Part shown: one piece after another, positions 57,112 through 64,000 of the stretch
How positions within the stretch are numbered: the stretch's first letter is position 1
Layout: each line of letters begins with the position of its first letter
From: Bacteroidales bacterium
Lineage (GTDB): Bacteria > Bacteroidota > Bacteroidia > Bacteroidales > GCA-2748055
Assembly (NCBI GenBank): GCA_023138875.1
Contig: JAGLOO010000037.1
Location: 23,471-87,470 of the forward strand
Direction of reading: 5' to 3'
Length of the DNA: 64,000 bases
The notes under the pieces: generated by a model
What the model saw: the letters and a program-made list of their open reading frames with translations, nothing else
Databases searched by the model: none
What the model was told of the DNA's origin: nothing
Made by a program: the position numbers and the translations under genes

Positions 57112-58041
57112 TTATTTATTTTCTTCAAGGAAATAATCAGTTTCTTCCCTCCTGGGAATGGAGCTTTGAGCTCCTATCTTCTGAACAGACAGGGCAGCAG
57201 CAGCATGGGCAACACGTACTGATTCTTCGAGCGATTTTTCTTCAGAGAGTGCAACGGCCAATTGGCCGTTAAAAACATCACCCGCAGCTGTGGTATCTGC
57301 TGCCTCCACAGAAAATCCCGGTACCAGCAAGCGGGATCCTGATGCAGGATCCGATAGAAATGCCCCACCGGCACCCATGGTAATGATCACTGTGCTTACT
57401 CCTTTCTCATGCAACCTGTCAGCTGCATTCCCTGCATCATTTTCGTCCTTGATGAGGATACCTGTCAGGCGTTCCGCTTCCGTTTCATTGGGAGTGATGA
57501 TGTCCGTCCCGGAAAGGATCTCCCCGGGTAAATCCATTGCAGGAGCTGGATTAAGAATGACCATGGTATTGAACTCCTTGCATAGCTCTATAGCTTTAGC
57601 AACAGTTTCCACAGGGGTTTCCAGTTGTACAAGCATAAAATTCGCCTCATGAAAAGCCTCTTCAGCCTCATCCAGGTCAGCAGGAGATAACCTGGCATTT
57701 GCTCCCGGAGCCACTGTGATGGCATTCTCACCTTTATCCGACACATTGATCATAGCGATCCCCGATGGAACATTTTTACAAATTTTTATGTTTTCGGTAT
57801 TAATATTATCCAGTTTATAGCCCTTTACAGCCTCCTCTCCATAGGCATCATCCCCTACGGAAGCAATGAAAACCACATCTCCTCCCGCACGTGCAGCAGC
57901 CACTGCCTGGTTGGCACCTTTTCCTCCGGGGAAGGTTTGGAACTGACCACCCAGCAGCGTTTCACCCGGCCTGGGAATCTCAGGGACTTTAATAATCAGA
58001 TCTGTATTCGAACTTCCAACGATAAGCATCTTCTTCATCAT
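57112..58041 (-). CDS. rbsK: ribokinase
   Basis: VGSSNTDLI...PGETL...FPGGKGANQAVAAARAG...DTTAAGDVFNG are canonical PfkB/ribokinase motifs. Confidence 0.85.
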   Translation of the reverse strand: MMKKMLIVGSSNTDLIIKVPEIPRPGETLLGGQFQTFPGGKGANQAVAAARAGGDVVFIASVGDDAYGEEAVKGYKLDNINTENIKICKNVPSGIAMINVSDKGENAITVAPGANARLSPADLDEAEEAFHEANFMLVQLETPVETVAKAIELCKEFNTMVILNPAPAMDLPGEILSGTDIITPNETEAERLTGILIKDENDAGNAADRLHEKGVSTVIITMGAGGAFLSDPASGSRLLVPGFSVEAADTTAAGDVFNGQLAVALSEEKSLEESVRVAHAAAALSVQKIGAQSSIPRREETDYFLEENK

Positions 58042-58067
58042 AGATTCGTTTTAATGAACAGGATGGA

Positions 58068-59069
58068 TTATATAAGGCGGGAAAGAATGATCATGGAGAG
58101 CCCGGCCAGGTAGAACAGGAACATGGTAGTAAGTATACCTTTCAATCCTTCAGCTTTACCAAATTCTTTCCAGATAAAGACTCCCCACAGTGCTGCAATG
58201 AGGGTTGCTCCCTGACCCAGGCCATATGATATGGCAAATCCGGCCTGACCGGAAGCAATGATGTTGAAGGTCATTCCCAGGCTCCAGATGATCCCGCCAA
58301 ATATCCCGATCATGTGAAGCCGTACATTGCCCTTTTTGAAATAATCTGAATAGGTCGCTCTTTCCCCCGAAATCGGTCTGTACATGAAGAAGGTATTCCA
58401 GACAAAATTTGACAACAGTAATCCCACCGCAAATACCACTGAAGCAGTATAGGGAGTCAACTTGCCTGGCTGAGGATCCACAAAATCCGTTGCCATGGAT
58501 GCAGCCACAAACCTGTAAAAGAATCCCATTAATATACCCCCAAGGATAGAAATAATGATCCCTTTAGTGGTAGTGGATATCTTGCCAGCACTTGATTTCC
58601 GATATGCAACAGCATCCAGTATGATAGCAAGTGCCACCAGGATTACCCCGGCAAACAGAAAAACAGGATGACCGATGGGTGTTGCTACGTAATTGAGTAT
58701 CACGCCGATAACCAATGCAAGCCCGATCCCGATGGGAAATGCCACCGCCATTCCTGCTATATTGATGGCCACCACAATCAAAATATTCGCCAGGTTGAAA
58801 ACCACCCCTCCAAGGAATGCCGAACCCAGGGCTTTTCCGTCTGCCTGTGCGAGGTCAGAAAGAAAGCTTCTACCCTCCTCCCCCGCACTGCCCATCGTAA
58901 AAGCCAGGATAAGTGAAAGGATCAGAACACCCAGTGAATAGTCCCAGTAAAACAGCTGGAAGGCCCATTTTTTAGAAACCAGTTTCTGTGTATTGGCCCA
59001 TGAGCCCCAGCAGAACATCGTGATGACGCACAACAGAACCGCTACGAAATAAGATTGAATAACTACCAT
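58068..59069 (-). CDS. GRP-family sugar (ribose/glucose-type) uptake transporter
   Basis: 333 aa with ~10 TM helices. CWGSWANTQK near the N-terminus resembles RbsU/GlcU-type transporters. Adjacent to the ribokinase. Confidence 0.6.
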   Translation of the reverse strand: MVVIQSYFVAVLLCVITMFCWGSWANTQKLVSKKWAFQLFYWDYSLGVLILSLILAFTMGSAGEEGRSFLSDLAQADGKALGSAFLGGVVFNLANILIVVAINIAGMAVAFPIGIGLALVIGVILNYVATPIGHPVFLFAGVILVALAIILDAVAYRKSSAGKISTTTKGIIISILGGILMGFFYRFVAASMATDFVDPQPGKLTPYTASVVFAVGLLLSNFVWNTFFMYRPISGERATYSDYFKKGNVRLHMIGIFGGIIWSLGMTFNIIASGQAGFAISYGLGQGATLIAALWGVFIWKEFGKAEGLKGILTTMFLFYLAGLSMIILSRLI

Positions 59070-59106
59070 GTTTATGGGTTTTTAGATATCACCCTGATTA
59101 GACTAC

Positions 59107-60849
59107 TCATTCCATATTGAACTTTTTTCGGATCCACTCGTACTTCATCCGGTGATAATCACCGGGCAATCCATGACCCGCTTCCGGATAAACATAATAC
59201 TCCCGGGGCACAGTCAGCTGGTTATAAGCTGCAAAATTGATGTGGGGCGGACATGTAACATCTTTTAGTCCGATTGACATCAACACCGGGGCTTTGACCC
59301 ACGGTGCAAGGTTTTTAATATCAATATAACTCAGCGTTTTATAAATCTCATCCTGATGGATCTCCGGATGTTCTTCAAAATACGTGACAAACTCACCTGC
59401 AGGCCAGCCAGCCACCTTGAAATAGTCCCTGAAATCGGAAAGGAACGGGACATACGGAACACACAGATCGATCCGCTTATTGTCCAATGCAGCAGTGGCA
59501 AAGCTCAATGCACCTCCCTGGCTTCCTCCTTCCACTGCCACCCTTGTGGTATCCACCTCATCCCTGGAATAGAGGAAATCCACCGCACGGATACAATCCA
59601 TGTATGCACCCCTGTATATATAGCGTTCCTTATCGTCCACATTATGCAGGATATAACCTGGGAAACCCGGGCTTACATGATCCTGGCTGAATCCGTGACC
59701 CCTGATATTTAATCCCAATGCGACCATATCATCCCCGGGATACATCCCCTCAGGCACCATAAAGCTGCTGTATCCCTGTACATGAAGGATGGCCGGATAG
59801 ACTCCTTCTTTAACAGGTCTTATGTACCATCCCCGAACCAGGATATTGCCCAGCGACCTCATTTCCAGGATAAAAAGCTCCCGGGTTTCGGTGCACAATG
59901 AATCCTTCCGGATCAGCCTGAACTGGGGATCTACGGCATCCAGTTCCCTCCGGGCCCGCATCCAGTAATTGTCAAAATCTTCAGGGCGGTCCTGGGGGGA
60001 GATGATCGCTTCGGGCCTGACCCCAATAACAAAGTTTGCCCGCTTGTTGTCAGACTCACTCTGCAATACTGCAGATATTTTATAGAATCCGGGATCCAGA
60101 TTACCCAGTTCTATGGCCAAATTTTTTGAACTTCCCGATTTGACCTTCACCTCCTGGCTCTCTTCCAGGATTTCTTCTCCGAAATCCGAAATTGCATTTA
60201 TCTCTATGGCACCTTTGAGCGACCTGTCCATGTTGTTCTCAACCAGTAGATTAATTTTCACCGGGCCTTCTTCCAAAACGATATGATCCTCCCTTTCCAT
60301 CACAGGCTTTATCACCACAAGCTCCTTCAGACCTATCACCGAGAGACCTACCGGATCAGCGTATATACCTCCACCACCCCCGCCATCATATACCCTGACA
60401 GCTACTGTGTTTTCTTCTCCCCATTTGATCTTATCCACAGAGATCTCATAGGCACGCTGATCTCCATAGCCCGTTTCATAATTGGGAGGTAATTTTCCGG
60501 TCTGCCCCAGGAATTCCCCGTTCCAGTATGTAACATCCACATCATCGATCTTACCTACGCAAAGAATAAAGCCGCCATTCTTTACCGCATCTTTTTTCAG
60601 GGTTGCAGGTACAACAACAGTCTGGCGGTACCAGGCATATCCGTCATACTCTCCAAATCCCTGGTCTTCCCACGGCGTACCTGCCTGGATCTTCATCCAG
60701 TCCGAATCATCGTAGCCTGTGGATGCCCAGGCCGGATCATCACCGGTGCTGAACTTCCATTCAAATTTCAAAAGGTTCTGGGCCTGTATGAGAGGGACCA
60801 GTCCAGCTAAGACCAATAAGGTGATCAGGTTCTTTTTCATGATTCTCAA
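59107..60849 (-). CDS. acetyl esterase (CE7/AXE1-like) with an N-terminal galactose-binding-like domain
   Basis: Signal peptide. WASTGYDDSDWMKIQAGTPWEDQG..YDGYAWYR is a GH2-N-like sugar-binding module. C-terminal AVEGGSQGGALS (GxSxG) and EAGHGLP resemble AXE1. Start is probably M4 (60840). Confidence 0.7.
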   Translation of the reverse strand: MRIMKKNLITLLVLAGLVPLIQAQNLLKFEWKFSTGDDPAWASTGYDDSDWMKIQAGTPWEDQGFGEYDGYAWYRQTVVVPATLKKDAVKNGGFILCVGKIDDVDVTYWNGEFLGQTGKLPPNYETGYGDQRAYEISVDKIKWGEENTVAVRVYDGGGGGGIYADPVGLSVIGLKELVVIKPVMEREDHIVLEEGPVKINLLVENNMDRSLKGAIEINAISDFGEEILEESQEVKVKSGSSKNLAIELGNLDPGFYKISAVLQSESDNKRANFVIGVRPEAIISPQDRPEDFDNYWMRARRELDAVDPQFRLIRKDSLCTETRELFILEMRSLGNILVRGWYIRPVKEGVYPAILHVQGYSSFMVPEGMYPGDDMVALGLNIRGHGFSQDHVSPGFPGYILHNVDDKERYIYRGAYMDCIRAVDFLYSRDEVDTTRVAVEGGSQGGALSFATAALDNKRIDLCVPYVPFLSDFRDYFKVAGWPAGEFVTYFEEHPEIHQDEIYKTLSYIDIKNLAPWVKAPVLMSIGLKDVTCPPHINFAAYNQLTVPREYYVYPEAGHGLPGDYHRMKYEWIRKKFNME

Positions 60850-60891
60850 GGTTTGATATACCTTTGTAAGGGTTATAACGAATGATTATTG

Positions 60892-62403
60892 CTATTCATG
60901 CTCCCATTTAAGGATCCAGGGATCGTTGGTCCTTTCCTGGAATGCATAGAGTTTTTTCTTCAACCCTTCCAGTTCCTCCTCATATGCAGGATTCTGAGCC
61001 AGGTTCCTTGTTTCATAGGGATCGATTTCAAGGTTGTACAGTTCAAACTCCGGCCGGTTTGTGAACTCGTTGATGCTCTTTCCGGCGTACATTCCACTTC
61101 CACTCTTCAGGGCCACCTGCCAGGTGGAAGAGCTCCACAGGTCCGATGCATGAGGATAGGGCAATTGCCAGGCTATGTTCCAGATCAGCTTGAATTTACG
61201 TGAAATAACTGACTTCATCGGATAATACATGGTAATCTCATGAAATGTATGTGAAGCATAGGTCTCATCCCATCCTTCTGCCTCCACATTTTCCAAGACA
61301 GATTTAAAGGAATGGCCCTGAAAGGACTCGTTGGCTGTGTTGTTCCAGTTCATGGCGGGATCCTCCAGCCGCTCCTGCATCATCTCATCTGCCCCTGACA
61401 GTACTCCAGCCAGGTCAAGGATGGTAGGTGTCAGATCGGCCCAGTTGATCATGGCATCAGTAACCAATCCTTTGTTCCCACCCTTTGCGTTTTTTATCAG
61501 GCAGGGCAGGTTGATACCCGGCTGGTAGATGGTGGTCTTGGCTCCGGCAAAGGCTATTCCATTGTCCGAGATATAGATGACCACCGTTTTATCCCACACT
61601 CCAGCCTGCTTCAGGTGATCGAATAACCTTCCCACACCCTGGTCAACACGGGCCACTGACTGGTAATACTGGGCCAGTTCCTCCTGGCATGCCCTGGAAT
61701 CAGGAAGATAGGGAGGAACATTTACATCTTCTGTGGTAAAGTAAGTCTCCTCCACACCTTCATGCCCACCTTCAATATTCCCGAAACTGTCAGGAGCCAG
61801 CGGTTCATCACTAACCGGGCGTGCCCTGTGTGGATCTGAGGTACAGAAATAAAGGAAAAAGGGATGTTCCCGGTTGCTTTCTATGAATCCAATGCAGCTG
61901 TCGGCCATAGCCGCCGGGTTGCGAGCATTGGCTTGCATCACCTCCTGGAAATAAAACACCTCTTCCGGGGCCACATGGTATTTACCGATCCTTCCTGTAT
62001 GGTAGCCAGCCAGTTCTTCCAGATAAACAGGAAGTGAATAAACATGGTCAAAGGCAGAAAAATGATGGTAATGGTGCATGTGGCCAAAGTGACCATTGGC
62101 ATGGTTGTACAACCCTGTAAGGATCACCGAGCGGCTGGCACTGCATGAGGCTGATGTACAATAGGCCTGGGTAAACCTGATCCCCTCAGTGGCCAGGTAA
62201 TCCAGGTTGGGTGTTTTAACGGCTATGTTGCCATAGCATCCCAGGTCATTGGTCCCGTGATCATCCGCAACGATCAACACAATGTTGGGGAGATCGGAAT
62301 CCACACCCGTATCTGTGATTTTCTCCTTGTTTGTACAACCGGCAGAACCCAGCATCAGGGTCAGTATAACCAGATAAACAGCTTTATTGATTGATTCGTT
62401 CAT
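60892..62403 (-). CDS. sulfatase (N-sulfoglucosamine sulfohydrolase-like)
   Basis: Lipoprotein signal (LTLMLGSAGC). NIVLIVADDHGTNDLGCYGN...CTSASCSASRSVILTG is a C-x-A-x-R formylglycine motif. Start moved to the ATG at 62403 to remove the overlap with the upstream sulfatase. Confidence 0.8.
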   Translation of the reverse strand: MNESINKAVYLVILTLMLGSAGCTNKEKITDTGVDSDLPNIVLIVADDHGTNDLGCYGNIAVKTPNLDYLATEGIRFTQAYCTSASCSASRSVILTGLYNHANGHFGHMHHYHHFSAFDHVYSLPVYLEELAGYHTGRIGKYHVAPEEVFYFQEVMQANARNPAAMADSCIGFIESNREHPFFLYFCTSDPHRARPVSDEPLAPDSFGNIEGGHEGVEETYFTTEDVNVPPYLPDSRACQEELAQYYQSVARVDQGVGRLFDHLKQAGVWDKTVVIYISDNGIAFAGAKTTIYQPGINLPCLIKNAKGGNKGLVTDAMINWADLTPTILDLAGVLSGADEMMQERLEDPAMNWNNTANESFQGHSFKSVLENVEAEGWDETYASHTFHEITMYYPMKSVISRKFKLIWNIAWQLPYPHASDLWSSSTWQVALKSGSGMYAGKSINEFTNRPEFELYNLEIDPYETRNLAQNPAYEEELEGLKKKLYAFQERTNDPWILKWEHE

Positions 62404-62416
62404 AACCATAGATTGA

Positions 62417-64000
62417 TTATTGACCGTACATATCAATAAACTGCTGATCAAGCTCTTCAGAGTCCAGGTATTTCACCCTCAATTCGGCCAGTTTCTCATG
62501 GAGCTCCGCAACAACTTCAGCATACCCGGGATTATCATACTCGTTTTTCAGTTCCATGGGATCCTTCATCCGGTCGTACAGCTCCCACTCATCCACATCA
62601 TAATAGAAATGGGCCAGCTTATATTCCCTGGTCACAATCCCGTAGTGCCGCTTGACCATGTGTTCACTGGGATACTCATAGTAGTGGTAATAGACTGCAT
62701 CCCGGTCCCATTGTGCATCATCTCCCTTTAAGAGGGGCACAATACTTTCCCCCTGCATATCTTCCGGAGCCTTTATTCCGGCTGCATCCAGAAAGGTCTG
62801 GGCAAAGTCCAGGTTCTGGACCATCTGGTCACTGGTGCTTCCAGCCTCTGTAACCCCTGGCCAGCGCACAAGCAATGGGGTTTTGAAAGATTCATCATAA
62901 ATGAACCGCTTATCAAACCAGCCGTGTTCACCCAGGTAGAATCCCTGGTCGGAGGTATAGACAATAATGGTGTTTTCGTTGAGTCCCTCTTCATCCAGGT
63001 AATCAAGAAGGGTTCCTACGCCCTCATCCACTGAAGCGATACAACCCAGGTAATCCTGCATATACCGCTGGTATCGCCATCTCATTTTTTCTTTCTCTGT
63101 CATTGTAGGATAGATCTTTTTAAACTCCTCGTTCATTGGGCCATACACCTCGTTCCATGCTTCCCTCTGTTCATCGGTAAATCGTTTCAATGCATTTATC
63201 ATGGCACCTTTATCCCAGCTGGATACAGGCTCTATCCCCAGCTCATCCATCACTTCCGGGTAGAGCTTTGAATCACCGGCCCAGTTCTGGTGCACCAGTA
63301 TGTTCATCTCAGCCTCTTTTGCAGCTGAACCACGCCCTGAGTAATCATCAAACAGGGTGGCCGGCTCAGGGAATGTTTTGTTGATATACTCCCGGTAATG
63401 CCGCTCAGCGGGCAACCAATTGCGGTGAGGTGCCTTATGCAGGTAAAACAATAGGAATGGCTTCTCCGTATCCCTCCGGTTCTTCATCCAGTCCATGGTC
63501 AGTTCAGTGATCACATCGGTGGTATACCCTTCGATCCTGACTTTGCCGTCATTGGTGATAAAGTCGGGATTGTAGTATTGCCCCTGACCCGGAAGGATCT
63601 TGAACTCATCGATCCCTTTGGGATTATTTCCGAAATGCAGCTTCCCGAACATGGCCGTCTGGTATCCCGCCTCCTGGAACAACTGGGGGAAGGTAACCTG
63701 TGTAGTATCGAAGGGGAAATGATTATCGATCTTCCCGTGCAGATGGCAGTGCTTTCCTGTGAGGATGGTGGCCCTTGAAGGTGCACAGATCGAATTGGTA
63801 ACACAGGCGTTGGAGAAGAGCATACCCTCACTGGCAATGCGGTCAATGTTGGGTGTCTGTATCAAATGATCACTGTAGGCACTGATGGCTTGGTAAGCGT
63901 GATCGTCCGACATGATAAAGATGATGTTTGGCGGTGACTTCTGGTTCTTTTTTCCGGAACTGCATCCCGAGAGAAGAAATGCTAAAACTACAAATGATAA
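62417..64000 (-). CDS. sulfatase (arylsulfatase family), N-terminal end runs off the window
   Basis: NIIFIMSDDHAYQAISAY...SICAPSRATILTGK is a C-x-P-x-R motif. The frame stays open upstream of the track's M (63913) and reads ..LSFVVLAFLLSGCSSGKKNQKSPP, a lipoprotein leader, so the true start is at or beyond 64000. Confidence 0.85.
   Translation of the reverse strand, partial: LSFVVLAFLLSGCSSGKKNQKSPPNIIFIMSDDHAYQAISAYSDHLIQTPNIDRIASEGMLFSNACVTNSICAPSRATILTGKHCHLHGKIDNHFPFDTTQVTFPQLFQEAGYQTAMFGKLHFGNNPKGIDEFKILPGQGQYYNPDFITNDGKVRIEGYTTDVITELTMDWMKNRRDTEKPFLLFYLHKAPHRNWLPAERHYREYINKTFPEPATLFDDYSGRGSAAKEAEMNILVHQNWAGDSKLYPEVMDELGIEPVSSWDKGAMINALKRFTDEQREAWNEVYGPMNEEFKKIYPTMTEKEKMRWRYQRYMQDYLGCIASVDEGVGTLLDYLDEEGLNENTIIVYTSDQGFYLGEHGWFDKRFIYDESFKTPLLVRWPGVTEAGSTSDQMVQNLDFAQTFLDAAGIKAPEDMQGESIVPLLKGDDAQWDRDAVYYHYYEYPSEHMVKRHYGIVTREYKLAHFYYDVDEWELYDRMKDPMELKNEYDNPGYAEVVAELHEKLAELRVKYLDSEELDQQFIDMYGQ

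Noticed and set aside
61850-62160. C-x-A-x-R (CSASR) instead of C-x-P-x-R in the first sulfatase as evidence of an inactive or unusual enzyme
   Set aside because: Anaerobic sulfatase-maturating enzymes accept (C/S)-x-(A/P)-x-R, and this variant is usual in the N-sulfoglucosamine sulfohydrolase-like group of Bacteroidota. It is not anomalous.
62404-62451. 35-nt overlap between the two sulfatase ORFs
   Set aside because: This is an artefact of taking the longest ORF. Starting at the ATG at 62403 (MNESINKAVYLVILTLMLGSAGC, a proper lipoprotein leader) removes the overlap.
1-64000. CRISPR arrays, rRNA genes, IS elements with terminal inverted repeats, reverse transcriptase/retron or DGR signatures
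   Set aside because: I scanned the intergenic regions by eye and saw no regularly spaced direct repeats, no rRNA-like sequence and no transposase or RT motifs. This absence is by visual inspection only, not by computation.

Overview
Bacteroidota-type chromosome segment, judged from T9SS C-terminal sorting tails, TAnnTTTG -7 boxes, an IntDOT-like integrase and a sulfatase/GH cluster. All calls rest on motif reading only, with no BLAST or HMM searches. There are three parts. (1) 1-21.5 kb holds an exopolysaccharide locus on the minus strand: epimerase, rfbF, an AlgJ-like/MBOAT O-acetylation pair, two large T9SS-secreted repeat proteins, GT2, a Wzc-like tyrosine kinase, a Wza-like exporter and a WbaP-like priming transferase. 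It is followed by two DUF1987 (SiaC-like) paralogs flanking an unknown gene, a TAT-signal TIM-barrel isomerase, a methyltransferase, and a flavin reductase-rubredoxin plus rubrerythrin pair. (2) 22.1-51.5 kb is an integration hotspot at an intact tRNA-Asp(GUC) (51450-51524, minus strand). A degenerate tRNA 3'-end scar at 22150 and a perfect 22-bp copy at 24331 delimit a 2.2-kb relic carrying an AbiE-like nucleotidyltransferase pair. The 22-bp direct repeat at 24331/51449 delimits a ~27-kb integrative element. The element carries a tyrosine integrase, two Xis-type HTH genes, DUF1376, a PrimPol-helicase, VRR-NUC and Bro-N. It also has an orphan tRNA-like 3' fragment, two paralogous unknown genes and a 3101-aa multi-domain 'polyvalent-like' giant protein. 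Its AT-rich cargo block (43.7-51.2 kb) holds an XRE switch, membrane/coiled-coil proteins, a TIR-domain protein and a HEPN-like/unknown/Mrr-like nuclease operon, with repeated short spacer modules between them. I recognise no capsid, portal, large terminase, tail, relaxase or T4SS genes. (3) 51.7-64 kb is a glycan-degradation cluster on the minus strand: frameshifted esterase, GH78 rhamnosidase, an ADP-ribosylglycohydrolase-fold lipoprotein, ribokinase, sugar transporter, a CE7-like esterase and two sulfatases. The best candidates for something undescribed are the integrative element with its giant protein and the cargo modules it carries (the TIR module and the nuclease operon).
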